From Camelus dromedarius (lineage: Eukaryota): a stretch of 64,000 bases of DNA. Shown piece by piece: positions 13,635 to 26,053 of the stretch; within the stretch, counting starts at the first letter, position 1, and each line of letters opens with the position of its first letter. The position numbers and the translations under genes are program-made. Where the stretch lies: positions 69,318,001-69,382,000 of the forward strand of contig NC_087437.1 of the NCBI RefSeq assembly GCF_036321535.1, read 5' to 3'. Under the pieces are notes generated by a model. The model saw nothing but the letters and a program-made list of their open reading frames with translations, was not told where the DNA came from and did no database searches.

Positions 13635-14040
13635 TGCATCAGTTTGGGTTAGATTTAGTTGCATATTACAGAAAGCCCAAAAAAGGAGATTAAACAAATG
13701 AGGGCTTTTAGCTTTCTGTAATGTAAAATAGTCCAGAGGAGATATCCAGGGCTGAAATTAGATCAGAACTGCCCTGAACCTATTATTTGACTTTGCCATC
13801 TTAAATATATGGCCTCCATCCTCAAGATTCAAGGACATTTTGGGGGTCCAGCCATTACATGACCATTTCTCCTTCATGGAATGTTCTGGAGCCTCTATCC
13901 ATTGACTGACTTACATCTCATGGGGCAACTCCATCTACAAGGGAGGCTGCAAAATGGAGGTTTTTAGCTGAACTCATTGCCAATAATACAGATGTTCTCT
14001 GATGGAGTAAGAAGGGAAGAATAAATATTGCGGAGAACAC
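13635..14040 (-). mobile_element. MLT1J-like MaLR solo LTR (old, decayed)
   Basis: TGCATCAGTTTGGGTTAGATTTAGTTGCATATTACAGA (reverse complement of an MLT1J-type 3' end) and CAAGGGAGGCTGCAAAATGGAGGTTTTTAGCTG...GAAGGGAAGAATAAATATTG. Confidence 0.6.
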
Positions 14041-15369
14041 AGAGATTACTTTTTTATTATTGAAATGCACATGATGGCAAGAAAATAGAGGTTGCTCACC
14101 TAATGAACACTTCACTGTGGGAGTTGCTGCTCTAGTGACAGTGACTCTGCTATCTTCACTCTGGGGTTTCCAGGAGGGCAGAGATGGGCTTGGCATGGTG
14201 TCTTCTCCCCTTTGCAAGTAAAAGACTTCCCCATAAATTCTGACGGCTGCTTTCCTTCTTTCAGTTGATAATTAGACTTAGGGAGAAAGGGAGTAGGTCT
14301 TCCTGACTTAAGGAAAACAGAAGCACATCAGGACTATTGTTCAAACATATGGGGGTGGGCACAAAATAAAATTCCTTATTGTGTTAATTCTATTACTTTG
14401 AAATGCATATTTCTTAATAGAGGTTAAGTAACAGAGCCAGAATACATGGCGGCACCAGCATCAACTCACGAAAGCCATTTTTTCATCTCTAACCTTCATT
14501 ACTGTTTGTTAACAAAAAGGGATGGATCTCTTCAAAGTTCACTTACATTGTTAACATTCTACTGTTTATTTCCACTTAAATGAGTACCTATTATACTCTG
14601 GACGCAGAGGATGTGGACACTTAAAAGGTGCAGCACCTACCTTGCACCCCAGCTCAGTGTACATGGTGGGAGTCCATTCTCCTTGATGTATTGCAGAAGT
14701 TCTTAGTTTTGAAACCCTATTTAGAGATAGTGACACTTTGCTTCAGAACCCTACACTGATCTTATAGCCCTCTCTAGGATGGGGTATCTGTGAAATAATG
14801 CATTTAAAGTGCTTAGCAGGTACCTGCCTACTGGTAAGGAATGTCCGGGGTTGATTATCATTATTGTTAGCATTAGTGTGGCCATCTTCTTGATTCTTGC
14901 TAACATCCCTGCTCCTTCCATTTGTAATCTTTTTTCTCACAATCAGACAAAAGTGATTATAAATAGTTATTCTTTCCCTTTTCTATCTTGTCTCCCGTCT
15001 TCCTTCTTTCCTCTCTAGACACTTCTTTGCACATTTCTGCCCTCACCTCAACGTGAAATGCCAATCTTTTTACATTGTCTTTGGAGGACGTATAAACTGA
15101 TATGCTCAAATCTGGACGGATGGCATACAAGTAGCTAATCAATAGTTCACTTCTGTTATGCTCATCTTCCCTTGCAGGGCCCAACAAAGATAATAGTGAA
15201 ATTTCCCTGTTTATTGAATACCTTCTGCCGTGCACGCTACACATTCCATGGTTTGCTATAAATCTAGTCTTCAGGGGAATTTTTTTGTCTCTTGGTTTCA
15301 GCTCAGGTGTTGCTTCCTCTGAGTGACTTTGTTGCTTGACCTCCCTGCCCTCTCCCCCAAGTTCTTGGC

Positions 15370-15580
15370 TCGTAAGCGGCATAATAAATTCCCATCTCAT
15401 CATCACTAACTGTCAACGAACGAGAAATCCACAGCTAGGTGACGGGTAGAGTAGGAACCCACGCCTTGTCACTAAAGCACGTTGGATCTCTAATGGCTCA
15501 TTAGCATACCATACACAAACATCCTGCTTTTAATTAGTTACGTGGTGTGATAATTAAGTAGTATTTCTCTGCAGTTTACC
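15370..15580. promoter_or_regulatory. candidate conserved enhancer-like element
   Basis: Unique sequence with several retained CpGs, ATTAGCAT (POU-type, 15500-15507), two TAATTA homeodomain cores and TTACGTG. Confidence 0.3.
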
Positions 15581-17475
15581 CTTGTGTGGGGAAAAAAGAG
15601 GGAAGAGATTGGCTAGCGATGGTAAAGGGTGTAAAGCTAAGTCTTAAAGTTTTAATTAGTTGTGACCCTGGAGACAAAACAACTATCAAACTCTCAAGGG
15701 GAGAAAATAAAATACTTCCCTTATGTTAAAAAACAAAAAACAAACAAACAAAAAAACAGGCCAAACTCTCCTTCTCCCCATTCATGTTGATAGTTATTTG
15801 AAAGTAAAAACTTAAAAAAAATTTAAACCAAAGATAAAAATGTTTATTGTGTTTGATTTGGATCTGAGAACACAACGTCTATTACGGCGCCAGCCTGGGT
15901 CAGGGGAATTGGACAAGGAGAAAATAACTGCCCATATCACAAGCTGACAAAGGAACCTTAATTGGGCCTTAATTGTTCAGCATGGAAACATTTGAGGAGG
16001 CCCATATGTAAACGCCAAAGAATGACCAAGTTAGATACACTGTTGGCTGTAATACTTTCTTCTCACCTGTGGGAAAGATGATGTACCCCTTCTCTGGACA
16101 GTTGTCATAACACTGATGTGAGGCAAGGCATTAGGGGCAGAAATATCTCCTCTTTAAAGACTCTATCACCCTGGAACAGTTATTTAAATTACTGTGGCCA
16201 GAGCAGCAGGGCATAGAAACTAAAGCCACATTTTGGCAGAGTATAAACTATTGTGTTTCTTCTGATGGGGGAGCAGATGGCAGAGCTATGAGCCACCTAT
16301 ATGTGGATTTGAAAAGTTACTATGTCATCAAAAAGACAGATGTAAACATATTATGATATAAAGCACTAAATGCAGTTCCATCTTGGACCTTAATAGCAGT
16401 GCAGTCCTGTAATCCCTTGGAAGTCACAACTACCACAAGCAAGTGCCCAATTCTCAACTGAAAAATTTTTTTTCAAAGCAAACTTTAGCTTTTCCGCAGG
16501 TGACCCTTTCTCAGGAAGGGGAAAATTGATAGCTCTGGTACTCTTGAGTATATACTTCTTCATGCCAAAGATGGTTTTCAGTAAAGTACGTGCAACATTA
16601 TAAATCTGTTTAAAATGAGAGCCTAATCTTGAACCAGCCTCCTTCAACTGAAAGTCAATATATAGAGTACTACATATAGTAATATATAGAGCACTACACA
16701 TATAGTACATGGACATTAGTAAACAGTTGTCAAGCCACTAGGGAGATTGTCAAAGAAATAGATGACTATAAAACAAATTTGGAAAATGGGTGGATCAAAC
16801 ATAGAGTAGGGCTGATTAGTTTAATGTTTACCCATTCCTACCACCATCTTATCTTCTCTAACACTTATTTATCCCTTGTTATTCATAGTAAAGCAGAAAC
16901 ACTGAACAATTCCCCTTAGCTCCCATGAGCCTCTCAGAGAGTCTGACCTCAGAAGCTGAACTGTGTCAGCATTTAGCTGGACTGCACTAGAGCTGTGATT
17001 TGGTGTCTTGAAAGCCAATGCTTTTCCCACTTTGGGAAATATCACAAGGCCATTTTGGCAGGTAGTCAGTTCCAGATTACTCTCCATCTTGGCCCAAAAG
17101 GAAGTCCAGATTAAGTTCCAGATCAAGAATGCAATCTGAAGGAAAGATAGAGGAAGAACTTTCTTATCTCTTCATCCCAGAAGAGTGAATTTTTAGGGTT
17201 CTACCAGATACAGAGGAAGAGACCAGGGAGGTAGCAGAATACTTACCATCTTCTGCTGTAATTTGCTGAGCTAGTATACCTGACTGGCATTCTGCAGAAC
17301 TAGCAAATGACTTAATATTAAAAGGTGGTACTTCCCTTTAAAGACAGGCAGGTGGTAATAGCCAAGTGCAGGCTGATATCCAGACATGCTCCATTGCCAT
17401 CCTGCCTGGTAGCAACACAGCATCGTTTTCAGAGGGAGCCTCTTGGAACTGATCTGCACTTTGCACTTGCTTCTT

Positions 17476-17720
17476 TTTAAAAATTTTTTTAAAAATTGAA
17501 GTGTAGTCGGTTTACAGTGTTGTGTTAATTTCTGGCATACAGCATAGTGATTCAGATATATATATATATTCCTTTTTGTATTCTTTTTCATTATAGGCTC
17601 TTTTTGAAGTATTGAATATAGTTCCCTATGCTATACAGTAGGACCTTGCTGCTTATTTATTTTACATATTGTAGTTAGTATGTGCAAATTCTAAACTCCC
17701 AATTTATCCCTCCACCCCCC
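17476..17720 (-). mobile_element. 5'-truncated L1 3' end
   Basis: Poly(T), then AATTGAAGTGTAGTCGGTTTACAGTGTTGTGTTAATTTCTGGCATACAGCATAGTGATTCAG...GTTCCCTATGCTATACAGTAGGACC. Confidence 0.85.
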
Positions 17721-20700
17721 AATTCTCCCAAACAACGGAGTGTGTTCCATTCCCATCGGAGTTAAGCCACAGATGCTTTCCTTCCACTTTCAGTAAGAAA
17801 ACTGGCTTCAAAATCATGCTGTCATAATTTCTTAGAAGTCAGAGGATGCAACAAGGTAATACATTTTTCTATGTAGAGAAATGTTAGTGATAATTAGTGG
17901 CATAAGTCATTAATTGTATTGAGTCTTATAAATACAAGCTCACATTTCAAGACCTCTGTACTTAAAGGACCTTGAACATTTTGATGAGTCAAAAGTGGCC
18001 AAAACGTTAACATAAAAAGATGCATTTATGGGAGGATTCAAGACCTCAATATGGAGTCAGGAAGGAAATTTATCAGCATTTAAATCACTTATCCCTCAAA
18101 ATCTAGAAGCTCAAGAATCTGAAATCTTCTTCTCACACCACAATGTAGGACCTATAGTTTATGATTACTACTTCCTGATGGTTAAAATCAAATTTCAGAT
18201 TCAGTAGCACTAAGTGAAAGGCATAACAGCAGTTGGTAATTATTGATTGTTTGCATAGCCAGTGGGAAATGCTGGAATGTCTTTTTTCTTTTTCTTTTTT
18301 TTTTTTAAGCAGAAGTCTTTACACTTGGATGAAAGACACCTAAATTAGCAAATAAAGTATGTGTATTTCTACCTCAATTTGGGTCAGAAAAATAATAAGA
18401 AAATGGTAAGAAGAGGATTCATTAGGCTCATTTGGGAAGTAATTTAGTATTTATTACATTCTCTGATTATCCTTCTGTTGTGTACATCAACCCAAGTATT
18501 AAAATATTTGCTTAACCCTCTCTTCCTTTAATTTAGAAAAATATGTGAAATGTAGGTATGGGGATGCAGAATGGCAGCACATTCTAGTGGCAAAGAGACT
18601 GAAGTTAGCACATTTTGGGAAGGAGATTTTCAAGATCAGTACTTTCTGCAAGCCTGCTCACAGTTGGTTGGCTAAGACTTCTCTGAAGAGTCTAGTCTTC
18701 AGAGAGATTGGATGAAGGATACCATGCTGGTTTCCTAGGTAGGCAATTGTCTTTTAAACAGGAAATGGGGCAAAACACAGATTACTCAGCATTGAGCAAA
18801 GAAAACCTGGAAAAAAATGGAATTCAAATCTATGAGAAAGACTGAGCTAAAGTCTAAGGATGCCATGAAGAAGAGGGACTCAGATGACAGCTTTCTAAAT
18901 GGCAAGGTGACATGCTGATAATTCAACCTGATGCTAAGATAATAAACATGTGTAAGAGCACTGGCTTCATAAACAGACAAATGCTGTCACAGAGCAGGAA
19001 AGCTGTAGCCTGTAGCTACTATGTATATGGTAAGGTGAGACTCTAGCTGGCATTCTCCTTCTAAGTCCGAGTGCCTCAGGATCAGAAAGATACTGATAAC
19101 TGGAAATGAAAGAAGAAACCAACAACAAAGATTGTTAAAGAATTTTAGGACTCATGAAGAAAGATTAGAAGAATAAAATAGCTCTAGTTTCACTGTGGTA
19201 ACTAGGATGGAATATGCATGATCATATAAGTGTTATATCAGAAAGTTGTAAACTCTGAGGCAAAGCAATACCTTACAGTACTGTGATACCAAGGTGTCTG
19301 TGGCTAAGGGTAAGAGGATAGAATTACACTATGTAAAACGTAATCTGAAAGCTCCAAAATACACTTCAGAAAAGTAAACTGTGCACAGACTGCTTCACAC
19401 GCCCAGAATGTTAATCAGGTGTGTCCTCCCCCGAATGATGCACTGTCTCCACGTGCACTTCTACCCCCACCAGCACTCAAGGAGAAGCGCTACCCTGAAG
19501 GCCGAATCTCCTGCATGAAGATGCTGCCTTGGACTTTGGGCCTTGGGCCCAGGTTCTAACTCCCCAAGGCACAGAGGCATCAGGGCTTCCACTACTCTTA
19601 AGCCTCACAAGTGTTTATCTGGCTCAGGTCAGAGAAAATGGGAACAGAGTGAGGAGTCTTACGCTTGAAAATATACCCTCTCAAGCACCAATCCATAGCT
19701 GGGAAATTGCAGGTAGAAAACTGAGGAGAAAAACGACAGAAAAAGGTTGTGTTGTGGGAGGAAGCAAAATGAGAAAAAGGATAGAGCACACAGCAATACA
19801 CAGATATTACAGAGCGTGAGGCTAGTAGTTGTGGTGGCTGGGAGTGAAGAAGTAGGAGAATCAAACACTCACTTACGTCTGAGGGTGTTTGTTACCAAAA
19901 CAATTTCCCAGTCACCTTTACACTCAATCACTGGGGGATAAGGAGTTACTGCCAGTGACACTGCCACATCACTGCACGTCACTACCAGCCCCACCAGCAC
20001 CACAAATACACAAGTTTAGGCAGTGCTTTCTAAGTTAATGACCAGTTCCATGCATAGCACTATTGTATTGGCTTCTAGTTGTGAAAGATAGAAAAGTAAT
20101 CTGTCAAAGTGGTATAAGCCTTAAAATGGAAAAATGCAGATATAGTTTTAAGGAACAATGGACATGTGAAAAAGCTGTGGCAAGGTTTTCTAATTTTAGT
20201 TTATAATGTAGATGGTCGGGGTGAAAATGAGCCAATCTAAGTTCTTTACTGTTTGTGAGCAAATACAGCTATTGAATACCATCTTATACTCATAGAACAG
20301 AATTATAATATACAAAGCATATTTTATTTGAGTGTTTTTAACTTCTGTTTGTGGACCAATGTGTCATGAATAAGTTACAATAAATGTTTTTGAGTTAATA
20401 CAGTTGATACAGGCATATGCATTGCTGGTAAGATAGTAATGGTATTTTAAGATTGACATGTTATTGGATAGCTAAATGTACACTGTGAAAATTTATCAGC
20501 TGAATGTTTAGCAACTGCACAATTTTGCAGAATTTTGAATTTCTGTTGTTCTGATTACTAAATATGCTGAACAGTGTTAGAGCACCAAGGAACTGATGTG
20601 TTTTGGTTTAAAAAAAAAGAGAGAGAGAATCCTTGTACAGGGTCAAGCTAAATTCAAACACCTACAGATTAGATTAAATAAGTACAGTGTGTGTTTTAAA

Positions 20701-21789
20701 AAAACAAAATTTTATTAATGAAGAATATCATTCCAATAGTTTTCAGAGTGTTACATGTAAACCATTTGCTAAGAAAGTACAAATTTATGCATAAATGCCA
20801 CTCTGTTTCTCTCTTTTTTCCTTTTGAGTGGTCCCTTATTACACATGCAATAAGAGATGACTGCAGAAGCATGCGCTCACCTGAACAGAGTAACTGTTTT
20901 ACTGTTAGGCAGAAGTGCTTCACTTTCAGGAAGCAAAAGCTAAGGTGTGATATTTTCTTATCATTTTCCTATTTGCAATTGTTGCTTTCTTAATTCAAAC
21001 TATGGCCCTACAAGTTGCTTAGAATGTGATACATTTCTGTAAAAGAGATTTACATCACCTAATTATAGTATGAGATTTTTTACAATGTTGCTTTCTTCTA
21101 GAATTCTATTAAATTTTCATAAAAAAAGAAAAGGTTGGAAAAAATTGTCCCTGATACTGTTTAGTACTTTAAAGATGAAGGTTCTCAAAAATACTAATTT
21201 TTAAAATGGAAAGGATTCTTACTCAATTAAAACAAAAAAAGGAGAGTGGAGTAAAGCTTTCATGTTTAAGTTACTGTTAATGCTTAGCTAATAAAGAACG
21301 TTTTAAAGCTACTGAAAATTCAAAGGAGACATACAAATGGTAAGAAAGATTATAATGAGGGTTGGAAAACAATTTGGGAGAAGATACAGTCATCCTTAGA
21401 TTTACTCATTAATTTTGTAAAAGGCAACTGTGTTAAATTTAGTTCAGGAGGCCATAGAATTACACTTTCGTCATTCTTTTATGAGAATGAGATAAAGGAC
21501 AAGAAAGCAAGCTGGAATCAAAGAATCAGTCAAAAAGCAAGCTAACAAGTTAAGGTTAATGAGGATCTGTTTGAATTCTTCCCATGTTACCTGATAATTG
21601 TCAGGTTATTAATTTTATAGTGCTAATTAATATTACTCATACTTAATGAGGAACTGCAAAATTCTGAGTCATTAAAGAAGTCAGAGTATGTCTTCATGTT
21701 TACTGAAGAAGCAAGCAAAGGAACACTTTTTAAAAAAATTTCAGTAGAAGAGTTGAAATAAGAAAAAAGACACAAACAGTCACTTAATT

Positions 21790-21915
21790 ATTCCTTGATT
21801 TAACTGATATTTATGAGTTACCTACTATGTGTCAGAAACTCTGGGAAATTAAGTTATAGTGATAATAAGCAAGACTAAAAATGTCCCCAGAGTTCATGGA
21901 GCTCAAATTCCAACA
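21790..21915 (-). mobile_element. L2 3'-end fragment
   Basis: ATATTTATGAGTTACCTACTATGTGTCAGAAACT...AAGCAAGAC...TCATGGAGCTCAAATTC, the reverse complement of a typical L2 3' tail. Confidence 0.55.
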
Positions 21916-22249
21916 ACCAGAAAAAACACATCGCTCATTACAATTCTCAACCAGATAGCTAAGCTGATTTTGTCTTCTGTTTTGTTGTTATTGTTGTTTA
22001 TTTTATAATTAGCAGCAGACATCTAGAACAAATCTATAATTTATATAGGAAAGTATAATACCACTGTCTCACACAATTCAAAGTTGTTACCTAAGGTAGT
22101 CGTACTATGCTACTCCAAATGTTTCTTACCAATTGAGTCCTGTGTGATTGCTCAAGAAATTATCCAAAGAATATTGGAAAGCAGAAAGTAGAGAAAAGAC
22201 TAAAAGGAAAGAAAGAGGACTAAGAAAATAGAAGAAAAGAGTAAACAGT

Positions 22250-22590
22250 TGTTATGGGCTGAATGTATCACTACACCCTTCTTAGTTCATACTTTGTGTT
22301 TCTAAACTCCGTGTAATGGTATAGGAGGTGGGGCCTTTGGGAGGTGATTAGTTCATAGGGATGAAACCTTCATGAATGGGATTAGTGCCCATATAAGAAA
22401 GAGACCTCAGAGAGCTCTCTCAGCCTTTCTGTCACGTGAGGATACCATGTGAAGACAACTAACTTTGAACCAGGATGCAGGCTCTCACCAGACACCAAAT
22501 CTGCTGGTGCCTTGATCTTGGACTTCCCAGCCTCCAGAATAGTGAGTAATAGTTGTTTTTGTTTTTGTTATCACAGCCTGAACTAAGATG
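22250..22590 (+). mobile_element. MLT1A-type MaLR solo LTR
   Basis: TGTTATGGGCTGAATGT...GGAGGTGGGGCCTTTGGGAGGTGATTAG...CATGAATGGGATTAGTGCCC...CTCACCAGACACCAAATCTGCTGGTGCCTTGATCTTGGACTTCCCAGCCTCCAGAA...ACTAAGATG. Confidence 0.88.
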
Positions 22591-23580
22591 GAACCCATGG
22601 TAGAAGAAGACTGCTTTACATATTGTGTATTTGGTGACTGCCACTCACTTCTCCCAGGTTTCTGAAGGATGGTGTACATATGCCTAGATGGCATATACTC
22701 CATTTGTAAATGAGTGTGCATTCTTTTAGTCTGTAAAATTTCCCTGTAACTCCAGTGCTTGTCTCTCTGCTATGATAGGAGGCATTAGAGAACATGACTC
22801 TGAGGCTGCAGGGCAACTTCTGACTTCCCATCCAAAATTTTGAACTTGGGATTTACACATGAGTGTGCCTTCTTTGAGGAGCACAAGTGTTCCTATGGAA
22901 ACCATGCTTTGGGCCTTACCCTAAAGTGCCCCCAAGGTGGGATTTGGAAGCAGACAGCACAAGCTCGGTAGCCCCAGATGTGGAAGAGCAGGCAAGAAGG
23001 GCTTGCTGCACCTGAGTACAAGCAGTTGAATAAAGGTAAAATGAAACTTGTTTCCCAGTACTGGGGAGCAGTAGCTTGTACCACTCATGAAAAATGACTC
23101 AGTGTTTATCAGAGTCTAACCCATCAGATTCATCCTTTCTCTCCTTGCTTGGACTGGAGAAACTGAGAGGATGATATTGATTGAATTATTTGATTTTACA
23201 GGAAAATGAGGTGACAAGGGCACAGGAGAGAGAAGAGAGTATCAAGCAGAGGAGAAGTGGATAAACTATGCTAGAGATTTAGAGATAATAGATATTTTGA
23301 GTTGCCTTTCAGCTCTTCACTCTGAACCCTATACATAATAACCTTTGTGGATATGTGGTATATAATTACAAGTGAAGGCATATTATATTAATCATGTCAT
23401 CAATGCATTGTTCTGTTACTCGCTCCAGCCAATTCTTCAGCTTTGCTGAAGCTGCAAATCATACCATCAAAAATTAAAGATTTAATTTTGATCTTTACAC
23501 CTGTATGGTCATAGCTTGTTCCTTCTCTTGAGCAGTATGAGGGAAACCAGTGTTTTCCTTAGTATTTTGTAAAAGTGATT

Positions 23581-24573
23581 GTTTTTATTGAAATAAAATT
23601 GGTGTATAGAATTATGTAAGTTTCAGGTGTACCACATAGTAATACAACATCTGTATATACTGCAAAGTGATTACCACCAAAGGGCTACTTGCCATCCATT
23701 ACCATACAGTTACTCCTTCACCCAATTTGTCCACACATCAGCCCTCTCCCCCTCTGGTAATCACCAATCTTTTCTCTGTATCTATGAATTTGTTTCTGTT
23801 GTGTTCTGTTTGTTTACTTATTTTGTTTTTAGATTTCATGTATGAATGAAATAACATGTTGTTTGTATTTCTCTCTTTGACTTATTTCACTTAATGTAAT
23901 ATCTGCAAGGTCTATCTGGGTGGTCACAAATAGCACAATTATATTCTTTTTTATGGCTGAGTAGTATTCCTCTTGTGTGTGTATGTGTGTGTACTCTATC
24001 TTTTTTATCCATTTATCCACTGATGGGCACTTAGGTTGTTCCCATATCTTGGCTATTATAAATAATACTGCAGTGAACATAGGGGTGCACATAACTTTTT
24101 GAATCTGTATTTTCAAATTCTTTGGATAAATACCCAGAAATGGAATTGCTGGATCATATGGTAGTTCCATTCTTAATTTTTTGAGGAATCTCTGTACTGG
24201 TTTCTGTAGTGGCTGCACCAGTTTCATTCCACCCAACAATGTACGAGGATTCTCCACATCCTCTCCAACACTTGTTGTTTCTTGTCTTTTTGATGATAGT
24301 CATTCTAACAGGTGTGAAGTGTTAGCCCATTGTGATTCAACTTGCATTTTCCTAATAATTAGTGATGTTGAACGTCTCTGATTTCATGTGCCTATTGGCC
24401 ATCTGTACGTCTTCTTTGGAAAAATGTTTGTTTCAGATCCTCTGCCCATTTTTTAACTGGGCAAGGTTGGTTTTTGCTGCTTTGTTGAGTTGTATGAGTT
24501 CTTTCTGTATTTTAGGTATTAACCCCTTATTGGATATGAGGTTTGCAAATATCTTTTCCTTTTCAATAGGTTG
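23581..24573 (-). mobile_element. 5'-truncated L1 (ORF2 C-terminus plus 3'UTR, L1MA-like), with TSD
   Basis: ORF 23829-24257 reads LPYDPAIPFLGIYPK...CTPMFTAVLFIIAKIWEQPKCPSVDKWIKK; ORF 24433-24675 includes EKIFANLISNKGLIPKIQKEL; TSD TGTAAAAGTGATT (23568-23580) / TGTAAAATTGATT (24574-24586). Confidence 0.93.
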
Positions 24574-24759
24574 TGTAAAATTGATTTGCTGTCTCCCCAC
24601 ACTGGTGTGCACAAAGGTCTCCCCACATGTTCTTTCCTTGCTGGTTGGTTTTGCACAGTGACAGGTTCTAAACACACTAGGGGAAAGTAGCTTTTGTTAA
24701 ATGTTTTATAACGTGTCAGGAAACCCTTACTGAACATTTAATCCAAAACCTGGCTTTGA

Positions 24760-25050
24760 ACCAGGGAGGCATACAATTCCGTAATTAATTTTTTTTACCT
24801 TCTTTTGCTAATCGCTGATAAAAAGCTTAATTCTATTAACAACTCGACTTGACAAATTGCACCGCTCAACAGAAGCGTTTAGAAATTAATTATGCATTTT
24901 ATTGCATTAGATCGGATAAACAGGGAAGCACCAGCAAGAAAAAGGAAAACTGGAAAAAGAAGAAAAATGATCACAGTGTAAACAACCTCTTGGTGTCTGA
25001 CTGTTTTCATTATGATTTAATGTGTCACCTAAAAAATAAATAAAATAAAC
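24760..25050. promoter_or_regulatory. candidate conserved developmental enhancer
   Basis: Six CpGs in ~135 AT-rich bp, two TAATTA cores, TGTAAACA (FOX, 24977-24984), TGATTTAAT (PBX-HOX-like, 25013-25021) next to TGTCA (MEIS, 25023-25027). Confidence 0.4.
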
Positions 25051-25930
25051 ACACAAAGCTCTCAAACAGCACCTCCTATTTAAGTATGGTTTTACCCCTA
25101 GGCTATGTTAGTGAAAAATTTCTTCTTTTTTCCTGAAAGCATACATTTTTTTTTTCCCCTTAAGTCCAAGCTGATTTGGATTCCTAGAGAGACTTCTTAT
25201 TTAATTTTCATGGAAGCTCAACCCTTCCTCTTCTACATCCTTCAGCTCTAGTCTTAGGAATCTCAGAGCATGGCCTTCAGGAACTTAACTAAGAGTAGCA
25301 AATGTAACTGTAGGTGTAATGCTGTGCCACCAAAGTATTAAAAAATGAGGGAATAAAGATTAAATTGGCTTCCACTTCACTTCTCTGAAGTTAAGTGCTC
25401 AAGCGGTCAGAAGACCATAAGCAATTTTTATGGTTCTCTTTGTCTATAAATATACATGTTTCAAAGTGTCTGTTGAAAGACTCTGGCACGTAATCAAACT
25501 GTTTTAGCATGTGGACTCCTACACTGTCTCTGCTCAAACTAAAGACTTACCCTGTAGCAATCTTATCAATAAATTCATGTTTAAAGCATCATACCCTTTC
25601 CCTCTCTTATATTCTTTTGCATGTCTCTGGCCAATCTTTCTTTTCATAACTTATGTGCTAAAATATAGTTACACTTCTAGATATTCTTCAAAAATCTAGG
25701 GCACTGAGTTGTTCAGTTTTTTCATTCTGTTCCAAAACTGTCATGTCAGTATGTAAGTATGTTACTGAAACAAACATCATCACCACCAGTGATTGCTGGG
25801 TGGATCATGAAGAGGAAGATCATGCATGGAAAAATCTAGAATAGAGCTATTCTCTAAAATGAGATGGAAACAAAAAATGCAGTTTCACACAGAGATACTG
25901 TGTAAAGAAAGACTCATTAAGACCAAACTG

Positions 25931-26015
25931 AGGGGAGAGGAATATAGCTCAGTGGTAGAACACATGCTTAGCATGCATAAGATCCTGGGTCCAATCCCCA
26001 ATACTGCCATTAAAA

Positions 26016-26050
<35 letters not shown>

Positions 26051-26053
26051 AAA
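25931..26053 (+). mobile_element. tRNA-derived SINE (camelid vic-1 type) with (TAAA)n tail and TSD
   Basis: A box TAGCTCAGTGG, B-box-like GGTCCAATCCC, (TAAA)n tail; TSD TAAGACCAAACTG (25918-25930) / TAAGACCAAATTG (26058-26070). Confidence 0.9.

Noticed and set aside
16660..16708. Two-copy ~24-bp imperfect tandem duplication (also small duplications near 10543-10589 and 44330-44353)
   Set aside because: Only two copies with no spacers; ordinary slippage duplications, not a CRISPR-like or functional array.
17247..17291. 45-nt minus-strand exon candidate (TTCTGCAG...GATG|GTAAGT)
   Set aside because: Good donor but weak polypyrimidine tract with a nearby upstream AG; no recognisable peptide and no partner exons.
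25935..26010. tRNA gene (also at 50625-50698)
   Set aside because: A/B boxes are present, but each copy has an AT-rich tail and TSDs and lacks a clean cloverleaf; these are SINEs.
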